From assembly GCA_016186795.1 (NCBI GenBank), contig JACPKY010000001.1, forward strand, positions 129,357 to 193,356: a stretch of DNA of 64,000 nucleotides. Reading direction: 5' to 3'. Both the position numbers and the translations under genes were made by a program. Origin of the DNA: Candidatus Gottesmanbacteria bacterium. Its GTDB lineage: Bacteria; Patescibacteriota; Microgenomatia; 2-02-FULL-39-11. The notes under the pieces were generated by a model. The model did no database searches, was not told the origin of the DNA, and saw nothing but the letters and a program-made list of their open reading frames with translations. This document shows, piece after piece, positions 10,101-19,706 of this stretch; position 1 is the first letter of the stretch, and each line of letters opens with the position of its first letter.

Positions 10101-11966
10101 ATGGAAACAATTCAGATCCCCCCCGAGGCACAAGCTGCAAAAGAGTTCGTAACACAAAAACCGCAACTAACAGACATGTTTTCCATGGGTGAAAAATACG
10201 CTCGAGGATTTATGAGCGAAATGAACGGAGGATTGGCTGAAGATCTTGATGGCGCAAAAAACCCTCTTGATCGTGAGCTTGAAAAAGAGGGGGTTAATTT
10301 GGAAAATCTAAAAGAAGATGAAGCATTATGGATGATTCAAACATCTTTTGAGTCAATCATCGGAAAAGAAATACCATTTGGCACTCAAACAGATGAAAAA
10401 GTGCTTCTCGATACCTATTACGCATTAGGAAAAATCTATGGAGCAGTTTCTGAGCTTGATAGATCGGGAAAAACCCTTGTTGTTGGTCTAGAAAGAGATG
10501 AGGAAACTCTCAATAGCACATTTTCCTTCCGGACCGTTGAAAAAGCACTGATTGAAAAGGTCCAACTGAAGGGTGAAGAAGCAATCGTGACAGCAGAAAA
10601 AGCCCAAGCCCTTGCTGATATGCTCTCATTAAACCAAGACTATCTTGCTGTTGATCTTTTTGAGTGGTTCTCCATAGGAACTGTTGCCTGGAACGGTGAG
10701 GTACTTATGAATGAGCGTCAAAACAGATCAATTGTTACTGCAGAAGCTGATGAGCATAATAGACTGACTCGTTTTGAAACTGAACTTGTACCAATAGATA
10801 GATTTGCAAGAGTATTTCGTGAAGTCCGCGATGAAAGTACTTCTGAACTTGAGGAAATATTGGGAAGGGTGCACTATGATACCAAACGCGCAAGACAGAT
10901 CTTTGATCAACTTATATCTGACCTTTTGCAACGGCGCGGAAGAGAATCACAAAGTGGGACAATCATTACTGATCTTCTTGGAGAAGGAACAATCGATGAG
11001 AAAGAATTTTGGGTAAAAACGGGTAAAGATCTGAAGAAGAATATCAAGCTTTCACAAATTCCCAAACTTGCCCGAGGAGAAATTGCAACCCTTCTTCAAC
11101 AAAGACTCGATTCAGTCCGATACTCCGATACTGACCCTATTGCCGCACCACTTCGGAAGTGGATCATCGTCAAACTTGCAGAAAGTATAGGCTTAGCCCA
11201 AGCGAAAGAAGTATCAACCGGAAAAGAAATATTCGTTGCGGAAGATGATCCGAGACTTGGCCAAAAAGATGAACGTTCACGAAAAACCCTTGTCACCGGC
11301 ACATGTGATATGGAACTGCAAGGCTTAACCAAAACTCATAGGAGACATGAAAAAGAGGACTCTTTCGATATGGATAAAATTCTTGATACGGCAAGAGAAG
11401 TACAAAAACTTCTTGGACTTCCAAACCGTCATAGAGGACTTGCCGATAGCTTACCTGTTACAAATGTTATCGGCAAGGAAGCACATACCCTTGGAATTGG
11501 CAATCTTGATCTTGAATTGGAAATGTTTCTTGATGATGTTGTAAAAACTGCGCCGGATATTTCCCAATACTCTCAAGCGGCAATCCTTTCCGCATTTGCT
11601 CTTCGGGTGCAAGCTCTTGCCACTCTCAGAGCTGCAGAAAAACCACCTAATGGGAATAGTCGGGGAAAAGGTGAATTGCGCGGAAAAAATTACTGGAATG
11701 GGGTAAAACAAGGGTTCGTAATGGTGGCCCAAGAGCTGGGATATAACGAATCCGTATTTACTAATCCATTCAAAATTACCTACACGCAAACAGAAGATGG
11801 AATTCCTCATTCATTTCAATTCAACAGGAAAGGAAAAGAAATGGGTGCATCTATTTTCCCAGGGGATCAACCAGAGGATGAAATTATACGGCAAGCACAA
11901 GAAATCCTTGAGAATTGTTATGAAAGAAATGGGGTTATAACGAAGAAAGAAAGAGTAACCTCTTAG
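10101..11966 (+). CDS. Hypothetical acidic helical protein (~621 aa)
   Basis: Long open frame; the upstream part of the track ORF overlaps the M16 gene, so ATG 10101 was chosen. Confidence 0.7.
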   Translation: METIQIPPEAQAAKEFVTQKPQLTDMFSMGEKYARGFMSEMNGGLAEDLDGAKNPLDRELEKEGVNLENLKEDEALWMIQTSFESIIGKEIPFGTQTDEKVLLDTYYALGKIYGAVSELDRSGKTLVVGLERDEETLNSTFSFRTVEKALIEKVQLKGEEAIVTAEKAQALADMLSLNQDYLAVDLFEWFSIGTVAWNGEVLMNERQNRSIVTAEADEHNRLTRFETELVPIDRFARVFREVRDESTSELEEILGRVHYDTKRARQIFDQLISDLLQRRGRESQSGTIITDLLGEGTIDEKEFWVKTGKDLKKNIKLSQIPKLARGEIATLLQQRLDSVRYSDTDPIAAPLRKWIIVKLAESIGLAQAKEVSTGKEIFVAEDDPRLGQKDERSRKTLVTGTCDMELQGLTKTHRRHEKEDSFDMDKILDTAREVQKLLGLPNRHRGLADSLPVTNVIGKEAHTLGIGNLDLELEMFLDDVVKTAPDISQYSQAAILSAFALRVQALATLRAAEKPPNGNSRGKGELRGKNYWNGVKQGFVMVAQELGYNESVFTNPFKITYTQTEDGIPHSFQFNRKGKEMGASIFPGDQPEDEIIRQAQEILENCYERNGVITKKERVTS

Positions 11967-11979
11967 GAAGATTTATTAT

Positions 11980-14900
11980 TTAATAGAGTATTTTCCAGAC
12001 TGTTTCATATCGCTTTTGTTGATAAAAATCAGCATAATTGCTCCTAATTGTATTCCAGTCTTTCCCATACCCGTCATACATCCAGCGGTATGTATCATAC
12101 GTTTTAGGATCATTTTTTGCTAACCAATTAGTTAAAGTTTTTAACGCCGCCTTTACCTGTGATTCTGTGGCATTGGGATCATGGAGAACTTCATATTCAT
12201 CAGCAAGGTCATCGGGAAAGTTTATTCCATCGAGTAATTTTATCGCATCACTTGCGCTTCTTCCACAAAACGTTGTCGTAATCGTATTTGATCCTCCTCC
12301 AAGAAACTGAGGAGGATATCCCCTTATAATACCTGCTTTTACTTCATCGTGACTTATAAGATTGATATCAACTAATTGAATCGCATGTCCATCGTCGGTA
12401 TATAAAATTAGCTCCATATCCTCAAGATCGCTCATTTTTTTCGTAATCTGAGCCTCGGTCAGTGGCCGCCTGCTGATGCCTCCTTCTAACCATTCACGTA
12501 TCCCTTCCATAGGCTCTCCTCTTCCTGCCCACAGTCCCGAATGAGGCCACATGATAATACCCCCATGAACATTTACTTGATAGGTTGCTGCGTAGTGAGG
12601 AGGTTCATGAATTTCCACCTTTGGATCATAAATTACTTTATCCAATCTTGACCCTGGACCAAATATCTCTGGATGGTTACTTGTCAAAGTTGTTGTCTTG
12701 TCAGGATAAAATCCAAATTGTGCCAGCATGTTGTCTGCCGTTGCCTTGGGGATTTTTTGGGACTCAATAATTCTTTCCCAATCCTGTGTTGTAGTAAGAT
12801 TTTGAGCCTTTCCAACTTCAATTGGCACCTGAACAACGCTTGCGTTTTCTCCGTTTGCTAAAGGTTCACCGTTTGGTCCAATTGGAATCTGGACTACTTG
12901 TGCTGGTTTGGAGACAACTGAACTGGCCGGACGGGTATATTCAGGCATTCCTGTTTCCTTATTGAAACGGATATCGGATTCACTTTCTCCCTGTGGACCA
13001 CTTGGAAGGTCTGGTTCTGTCTTTACAAGTTCAGCCATCCCAGTTTCCTTGTTGAAGACAAATTTCGATCCGCTGGTATTATTATTGTTTACAACCTCAT
13101 CTGGTTTAAGTTCAGCCTCTTCTTCAACTTCTGGGGCTTGACTACTTTTATCTGTAGCCTCAAAAACATCATCTTTCTTCTTCCCTTCTGGAAGAGTATT
13201 TGCTTCTTGATTTCCTTCTCCCTCTTGACTTGTTCCTCCCTCACTTTCCGGCTCAACAGGTGAAGATTCCTCAGTAACAGGGGGTGGAGGAGGAGCAACA
13301 GGCTTTTTCACCAATTCCATCATTCCAGTCTTCTTATTGAATTGAAATGTACCGCTATCAGTTGTAATAAGTTCATCAGTACCTAGTTTCTGGGCAGGAT
13401 CAACGGCAACTTCCTCATACATCCCTGTTTCTTTATTGAATACCAGAACTTTAACAGGTCCATCTGCCGGAGGGGCATTTGGTGGAACCTCTGGGGGAGA
13501 CTCTTGCCCACGCATATCTTGTAATTTTTTGATATATCCAAGATCTTCACCGGTTCTTCTCTCAAGATCTGCTAAGCGCTCTAATTGATGAATATCAATT
13601 GGTTTCACCATGATATCGGTTCGGACCGTTACGGCATCTCCCGGACTGATACTTATACTGCCCTCAATAAGGCCTTTGTTAGCAGCATAAAACTTTCCAA
13701 AAGATTTATCCGACCATTCCGGACTATTGACAAGTTCACGCAATTTCTGAGCATCGGAAAGGGAAATTTTCCCACGAGCAATAAATGTATCAAGGAAACT
13801 ATCAAGGACCGGTTTTGCGCTTCCTGCTTCTGAGTAAAAATCTTGGGTAAATAATCCGGCATCGATCATTGCTTTTGTAACGCTACTTCCCTTCTCTACG
13901 GTGAGAGTTTTGAAAGCTGAGGCTGCAACAGATTGAGGGGCACTCAATGGTGCATTTTCTGTAACAATATTTGGTTGCAAATTCCTAGCTGCAAGATTTG
14001 CTTTTACCTCTGCCATCTGCTCTTTCATTTGGGCTTGATCGACAGCTTCGGTAACTGTCTGTCCTCCAAGCGGATTTTGATTTCCTGCTGATGCCACATT
14101 AACATGTGCGTTAACTCCCTGTGTTGGGTTCGGATTGAGGAGTGACTGTTCTGCAACAGATGTTGTATATCCTGATGGGGTAGAAATATTTTTGCTAGTT
14201 GATAAAACATTGTATGTTGACTCTCCAAGTGCAACAGGTTTTCCCGTATCTACTACAGAAGACCCACTGTTGCCACTTGCCAAAGGATCATATTTGATTT
14301 CCGGTTCGACTACATTTTCATTTACTCTTTGAGCCTTCATGAAGGCTTGAACCTTGGCATCTCGCGCTGGATTAGGTTCAGTATCAGCTTGAGGTTTTGG
14401 AATATCATCCCCATTATGATCACCATGAGGAATAATTCCATGTGAGTCTTTTGGAAGTTGAGGAGGTTTAGGTGGAAGAGTATCATTAACAATTGTGACT
14501 CCGGCAACATTGGTGACAACTTTGCTATCTTGGACTATCTGAGGAGCATTTAGGACAGTTTGAGCAACATTGGCAACAACATCCTTGACATGCCCTGCTA
14601 CTTCAACTACCTTTTTCCCAACGTCAAAAAGACCAGCTCCTGCCGCAAATGCTGCAACACCCTTTCCTGCCCCGATAAGTCCAACCCCAACTGCAGAAAT
14701 AGCCCCTTCTCGTGCTGTATCTCGAAAAAATCCTCCTCGGACGCTTCTTCGTGATTTTTGCCACTCTTCTTCAAAGTCACCAACACCTTTCAAAACTCTC
14801 AGAGACTGCTTCAACAGCTTGTAGGCAGTTTCCCGGTCCTGTTGATCGACAGCTGTAATAGTTGCTTCCCGAAGGTGGCGGATATCTCGAATGAGTTCCT

Positions 14901-15762
14901 TCTGAGCCGTACGGACAACAAGAGCTTCTGGAGCTTTAGAGCGGAGCTTTTGCCTTGCGGAAGCTAAATACTCTCGATCGAGTTGTTCTGGAGAGGAAAG
15001 AGTATGAGTCCGCGCCTGATCCAAAACTCTGTCTCGAATACCTGTTTGGTAGGCAAACTCAACAACTTTCTCCTCACCACCATGAGCTATTGACCCTGCT
15101 AGGTGTTTTACTCCATGGAAGACTTTCTCTCTTCCTGAAGCTGTAGCAGAAAGGGGCTTTTCTCTACTTCGTGCCTCCCGATGTTTCCCCACTCGCTCTT
15201 GGTAATAGCCTCTTGGTCTTTTTTGGGCAAACTGAATGGTTTCGCGAACTGCTCTGGCTGTCCCTGCACCAGCTGCAACTGCTGCAAGCGCTGCAGGACT
15301 TGTCACTGCTCCAATACCACCAGCAATACTTACTACCTTAAGTCCAAGTTCAGTCTGGGTTGCTGCTCTTGCTGCAAATCCAGCTCCCGCTGCAAGACCC
15401 GTAGTTGTAATCCATTTGCCATATTTTGTGGCCGCTAACCGTGGATTCTCTCGAGCTAATTCTACTTCTTTTTGAAGAGTATGAACAACTTGTTCTCCGG
15501 TTCTTGTTGCAATGTGACCAGCAAGCGAAGCTACCTCACGAATACGGCTCCTATTCACTGCTGTTTGGGCAGTTTGAGCCATTTCTTGGGTAAATTCCGG
15601 TGATCCTACTGAAAGTTCTTTCGGAGAATGAAAGAGAGAAGAAAGGGCCCTACGGGCATCGGCAACTGAACGCTCATAGCCTGCATTGAGTTGGCCAAAG
15701 CCCTGAAGAAGTACATCTCCTGGGGCATGAAAAGATGCTGTTCGTGCGTATTCTGTGTTCAT
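11980..15762 (-). CDS. Large 1260-aa protein: Ala/Gly-rich hydrophobic N-terminus, LysM-like segment, FNKETGM repeats, possible divergent sortase-like C-terminus
   Basis: Uninterrupted ORF; four FNK(E/K)TGM.E repeats; HSG...TTFCG...R pattern. Domain calls are tentative. Confidence 0.75.
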   Translation of the reverse strand: MNTEYARTASFHAPGDVLLQGFGQLNAGYERSVADARRALSSLFHSPKELSVGSPEFTQEMAQTAQTAVNRSRIREVASLAGHIATRTGEQVVHTLQKEVELARENPRLAATKYGKWITTTGLAAGAGFAARAATQTELGLKVVSIAGGIGAVTSPAALAAVAAGAGTARAVRETIQFAQKRPRGYYQERVGKHREARSREKPLSATASGREKVFHGVKHLAGSIAHGGEEKVVEFAYQTGIRDRVLDQARTHTLSSPEQLDREYLASARQKLRSKAPEALVVRTAQKELIRDIRHLREATITAVDQQDRETAYKLLKQSLRVLKGVGDFEEEWQKSRRSVRGGFFRDTAREGAISAVGVGLIGAGKGVAAFAAGAGLFDVGKKVVEVAGHVKDVVANVAQTVLNAPQIVQDSKVVTNVAGVTIVNDTLPPKPPQLPKDSHGIIPHGDHNGDDIPKPQADTEPNPARDAKVQAFMKAQRVNENVVEPEIKYDPLASGNSGSSVVDTGKPVALGESTYNVLSTSKNISTPSGYTTSVAEQSLLNPNPTQGVNAHVNVASAGNQNPLGGQTVTEAVDQAQMKEQMAEVKANLAARNLQPNIVTENAPLSAPQSVAASAFKTLTVEKGSSVTKAMIDAGLFTQDFYSEAGSAKPVLDSFLDTFIARGKISLSDAQKLRELVNSPEWSDKSFGKFYAANKGLIEGSISISPGDAVTVRTDIMVKPIDIHQLERLADLERRTGEDLGYIKKLQDMRGQESPPEVPPNAPPADGPVKVLVFNKETGMYEEVAVDPAQKLGTDELITTDSGTFQFNKKTGMMELVKKPVAPPPPPVTEESSPVEPESEGGTSQEGEGNQEANTLPEGKKKDDVFEATDKSSQAPEVEEEAELKPDEVVNNNNTSGSKFVFNKETGMAELVKTEPDLPSGPQGESESDIRFNKETGMPEYTRPASSVVSKPAQVVQIPIGPNGEPLANGENASVVQVPIEVGKAQNLTTTQDWERIIESQKIPKATADNMLAQFGFYPDKTTTLTSNHPEIFGPGSRLDKVIYDPKVEIHEPPHYAATYQVNVHGGIIMWPHSGLWAGRGEPMEGIREWLEGGISRRPLTEAQITKKMSDLEDMELILYTDDGHAIQLVDINLISHDEVKAGIIRGYPPQFLGGGSNTITTTFCGRSASDAIKLLDGINFPDDLADEYEVLHDPNATESQVKAALKTLTNWLAKNDPKTYDTYRWMYDGYGKDWNTIRSNYADFYQQKRYETVWKILY

Positions 15763-15849
15763 ATTACAGAAAAGAAGCCTGTCCGGCTTCTCTATCTTTG
15801 GGCAGGTAACCTACTTTAATAATCTCATGAATTGAAATTTGTATCAATC

Positions 15850-15903
15850 ATTTCTGTTATCTGTTCACTGCCTGCACTGAGCGAGCGAAGCGAGTCGAAT
15901 GTG
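15850..15903. repeat. Heptamer array plus CTGAGCGAGCGAAGCGAGTCGAA palindromic element
   Basis: atttctg ttatctg ttcactg followed by cctgcactgagcgagcgaagcgagtcgaatgtg; related to 17817, 42086 and 52397. Confidence 0.65.
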
Positions 15904-16130
15904 TTTTGCTCTCAACCTTCTATTTTAGAAAGCTTAGAACAAAACCCTACTACGAAAAAAAACAATGACAAAAACTGCCACGAGATACAAAGCATCTCTG
16001 CGTTATTGTCGTGTTTTTTGAACAGGGTTTCGGTTTTGTCCGAGGAGAGGGGATTTCCCACATCGTTAGGCTTGTGGCCCGACGATTTTGTAAAATAGGG
16101 TATCCCCTCCTCCTGATTTTATTTTGTTGT

Positions 16131-16179
16131 GAGCCTCAGCTCATCTGAGATTCAGCTCCACGAGCTGAGGCTTTTCTTT
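16131..16179. terminator. Stem-loop just beyond the 3' end of 16204-17091
   Basis: AGCCTCAGCTC...GAGCTGAGGCT; the T-tract is on the + strand, so orientation is uncertain. Confidence 0.5.
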
Positions 16180-16203
16180 CCGAAAGTGCGCGCGCCGAGA
16201 GTG

Positions 16204-17091
16204 TTAGTCTCCCCAGTTGACGTTTTCGCCGTCAAAGGTGCCGGTTTCGGCGAGTGCGCCGTTAGCGCTTGCCGTGGGCTTGGGCGTGTAGACCTTGAGA
16301 ATGGTGTCCGCGTCGGGCGTAATGACGAGATAGACGAGCTGTCCGTAATTCTGGGTCTCCAGACTCATCATCTTGCCATTGTCGGCGTCCGAGCGGTCAA
16401 GCACGACGTGGTAAAGATTATCAACCTTTTCCCGCATGAGGGGCGTGCGATTCAATTCAATCTCAAACTGCGCGCCGGATTTGGCGGTAATGGAATAGGC
16501 AACGCCTGATTCCACCGAGAGACCGATAACTTCTTTTCCGCCTTGAATCGCAAAGGGCAGCGCGAACGCGACGTCTTTTTCGAGCTTGAATTCGCGGATC
16601 GCGAGCTGCGCCGGTCCGATGGGCTTGGGCTGTTGCGGGGCTTCGCCGGGCACGACCTCGAGAATGAGCGTCGTCGCGACATCAGGAACGATCTGCACCG
16701 TGACTTTTCCGTTCACCTTGTACCGTAATTCGATTGGTGCAGACTGATCCGAGATACCCACATTCTGAACCCACTTGGTGCCGTTCGTTGTCGAACCTTC
16801 AGCCAGCGGATCGGGTAAGCCGTCTTCGTAGACCGCATAGGCGGCATTGCTTTCCGACCCGAACGCAAGCTTGGTCGTCGCAGGATCAGTCTCGGTGACA
16901 CTTACTTTCCACACCCCTGCGGGAAGTGAAAATTTCACCGCCTGTCCGGCTTCGAGCGTGACCTCGCTCTGAAGACCGACGACTTTCGTCAGCTCCACCG
17001 GCTCTCCAGCGAACGCGATGCCAACCGAGGCGACGAGCGCGAACAAAGCGACGAACAACGCGAACACGAGCATACGAATGTTTTGCAACAT
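16204..17091 (-). CDS. Secreted hypothetical protein, GC-richer than its flanks
   Basis: Signal peptide ending AFA, GGAGG SD upstream, beta-rich sequence. Confidence 0.8.
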   Translation of the reverse strand: MLQNIRMLVFALFVALFALVASVGIAFAGEPVELTKVVGLQSEVTLEAGQAVKFSLPAGVWKVSVTETDPATTKLAFGSESNAAYAVYEDGLPDPLAEGSTTNGTKWVQNVGISDQSAPIELRYKVNGKVTVQIVPDVATTLILEVVPGEAPQQPKPIGPAQLAIREFKLEKDVAFALPFAIQGGKEVIGLSVESGVAYSITAKSGAQFEIELNRTPLMREKVDNLYHVVLDRSDADNGKMMSLETQNYGQLVYLVITPDADTILKVYTPKPTASANGALAETGTFDGENVNWGD

Positions 17092-17803
17092 TTTGAGTGT
17101 CCTCCGAAGGCTAAGGTTTTTAGGCCTTGCCTGTGAATTGTGTTTGTACGAACCGATCGATAAGATACGTTTAATTTATCTTGTCGATATGCACCTCCTT
17201 TCGAATCGAATCGAAATTTTTTGCCTGGACTACGTGGCAAGAAGAGTACGAGTGTGAGGCCTTAAATAGGCAGGCGCTCGAAACTAGCCTCGTACCCTTG
17301 TCGCCGCGTAGTTCTGCATACTCTTTCCGATTTGCAACGCAAAGCGGATTAGAGGTGCAGATGCTTTAAGCATTCAGGCTGATCCAAAGGAGTAGGAAGA
17401 AGACTCTTTACTATTACACTTCATCAATTAGACAAAAACCGAAATTTTCTGTTCCATCCCGACTTAGTCGGGACGTACGTAGTAGGGAATGTGAGGAGAT
17501 TCGTCCATTAAAGCCGCCAGAGGAAGCAAACTTCCTCCTTTAGCCTCAACTTCGTGAAGCTCCAGGCTTCCCTACTACTTGTAGAGCCTCTTAAACAGGC
17601 TCTTCTCTTCCCTTCACTTGTGAAAGTGCTATACTTATCGTGGCTGTCAGGATCCGGATGGAAGTGGAAAGGCATTTTGGTTAAAATGTCTTCCATCCGG
17701 GTCTCGGCAGCCTCAATTTTTAGGCACGAAAAAAAGAAGTGCATCGCTGCCTTTCCAAAGCTGCTTCCTTCTTACTTTTTCTGCCTTTCCTTTATTTTCC
17801 TGT

Positions 17804-17929
17804 ATGTAAACGTGCCTTTCGACTTCGCTCAGGACTATAGCCCTTCCGCTTTCTGAAGAAGCCTAAGTATTTATGCTATAGGACTTAATTCAGTGCGAAA
17901 AATATAGCACACAGAAAAGTGTTTGTCAA
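17804..17929 (-). promoter_or_regulatory. Sigma70 promoter plus boxA-like element for the ~800-nt leader of 16204-17091
   Basis: TTGACA(17924-29)-17 nt-TATATT(17901-06); GCACGTTTACAT at 17804-17815. Confidence 0.65.
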
Positions 17930-18035
17930 GTCCCCAGTTTATATTCAAAACTATCTGATATGTATAATTACTATTACTATAGGAAGATAATTTCTAAAGA
18001 ACACTGAGAAGTCATTCTAATGATATAATCACTCC

Positions 18036-18380
18036 ATGAAGGTAGTAGTCGACAGTGCACTCGCTCTTTCTGAGCTCAAGAAAATGGCGAAAGCCTCCTT
18101 TGGAACTCTTGTGAAGGTTGTGGTTGATATTGAGAAGGAAATCCTTGTGGTCGATAGTGAGCTCCATGCCGATGAAGAGGCATATCTTCTTTCCCAAGGC
18201 TCACATCAAGAGCACTTATGGGGAATTAACCTCTATCCTGACCTTCCCGAGTCTGAGTGGATAGAATTTGACTCCATGATTAACCTCCGTCCAGCTTCAG
18301 GCAATATTTCTCGAGGAGTTAACAATCCTGCAATTCGGGAAAAAATTGTTTTTATTGTCAATAAACGTATCAAAAGATGA
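18036..18380 (+). CDS. DUF5674-like protein
   Basis: VKVVVDIE..ILVVD.ELHAD.E..LL..GS.Q..LWGINLYP...IEFDSMINLRP. Confidence 0.75.
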   Translation: MKVVVDSALALSELKKMAKASFGTLVKVVVDIEKEILVVDSELHADEEAYLLSQGSHQEHLWGINLYPDLPESEWIEFDSMINLRPASGNISRGVNNPAIREKIVFIVNKRIKR

Positions 18381-18712
18381 CTATCTACCACAAAAAACTT
18401 GCATCTGGAGACTGGAAACAGTTATCTTTCCTAGAACAGATGGCACATATTGGGAGCGAAGTCATTCGAGCCGTGAATTGGAAAGAGAGAAACAAAGCAA
18501 TCGCCGACAAAGCTCTGGAAAGAGCCCTAGAACTTATCGACCTGACTCGAAATACTGATAGAACGGTCTCTCAGCTGAGAGAGCTCTGTCGAGTAAGAGA
18601 GCTTCTTATTGATTTCTACTTCGGATTTGGAAATTACATCTCGTCAAAAGAAGAATGGGAGAAATACTTCTACCAAGTCACCTACGCTGCTCAACTGAAG
18701 CGACAAAAATAA
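18377..18712 (+). CDS. Small helical hypothetical protein coupled to the DUF5674-like gene
   Basis: ATGA overlap; W..LSF.EQMAHIGSEV.RA, ELCRVRE. Confidence 0.75.
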   Translation: MTIYHKKLASGDWKQLSFLEQMAHIGSEVIRAVNWKERNKAIADKALERALELIDLTRNTDRTVSQLRELCRVRELLIDFYFGFGNYISSKEEWEKYFYQVTYAAQLKRQK

Positions 18713-18794
18713 TTTCCTCCGAACTCTTGTCTTCTTTTCATACGTGAAATTGTGATGTCTTTCACAGACAAAATAATGTATACTGAATGGTAGA

Positions 18795-18896
18795 ATGGTA
18801 TTTCTGCTCGTTCTACTGGGACTTTTTACAGGTGTCGTAAGCGGACTTATTGGTATCGGCGGCGGAGTTCTTATCGTACCAGCACATATCAAGTAA
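18795..18896 (+). pseudogene. N-terminal fragment of a TauE/SafE (TSUP) permease
   Basis: MVFLLVLLGLFTGVVSGLIGIGGGVLIVP then stop after 33 aa. Confidence 0.7.
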
Positions 18897-18921
18897 ACGG
18901 CCAAAACACTTCCTTCCCTTC

Positions 18922-19068
18922 TTGACTTTTTCTTTTTCCAGTGTATACTATAGGACTTAATCGCTAAATGCGGAGGATGACTCTTTCATGAGGCGATTTT
19001 TTGTGGCCGGTACGATTTCACTTCGAAATTTGGCTTTGGAGAAGAAATCTCCCGCCGCTCTTTGACAA
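18922..19068 (+). promoter_or_regulatory. Sigma70 promoter plus boxA element
   Basis: TTGACT-16 nt-TATACT; GCTCTTTGACAA at 19057-19068. Confidence 0.7.
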
Positions 19069-19245
19069 GGGTTCGGGGCTATATATCCGAAACTCCTCCC
19101 GGGAAAGGAAAAGATTTTTTTTATAAAAAAGTCTCTCCGAGTATCCGGAGCTGGAGCTGATTTCCAACCTGAAGATCAAAAAGGTCTTTGGATTGGAGGT
19201 CAGCTTTTCGGATTTCCACCACCATCACTTTTAAGGAGGCAAATC

Positions 19246-19506
19246 ATGCCAGAATTTCCAGAGCTTAGCCAGCTCACCCAAGCAGTCCAAGGTTTCAACT
19301 TCACCTTGGACGACCCAATGAGAATCGTCGGAGCGGTCTTGTTCCTGCTTGGGGCGTATATCGGTTATTCTTACCGAGAGTGGCTGCCCGGTTTGATCAT
19401 CGGAGCAGTAATTGCTCTCGCCGGATTGTACGCCTTTCTCGACCCGCACGGAGCCTTAAGCATACTCAATCAAATTTTCAACTGGCTCCAAGAAATGGCC
19501 CGATAA
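19246..19506 (+). CDS. Small two-TM membrane protein
   Basis: AAGGAGG SD; two hydrophobic helices. Confidence 0.75.
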   Translation: MPEFPELSQLTQAVQGFNFTLDDPMRIVGAVLFLLGAYIGYSYREWLPGLIIGAVIALAGLYAFLDPHGALSILNQIFNWLQEMAR

Positions 19507-19706
19507 ACACACCCACCCCAACCCAAATTCCGGAAGGAAACGTACACGCGTTCTCAACGCAGCTCTCAATACAGCTTTCACTCGTGTACCTTTCCTTCCA
19601 TTTTCTCTGAGGAAAATACCTTTTCCCTGGAGAAAATGTAATCCGTATCACTCTTTTTCCTGTTGTTGGGAAACTGTGAAACTCGTATACTACGAACTAT
19701 TCTTCT

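Noticed and set aside
16204-16260. LAETG sortase-like sorting motif near the C-terminus
   Set aside because: Not followed by a TM helix and basic tail.
17100-17800. RNase P RNA, tmRNA or group I intron
   Set aside because: No hallmark motifs (GAGGAAAGUCC, tRNA-like ends, intron core) were recognised by eye.
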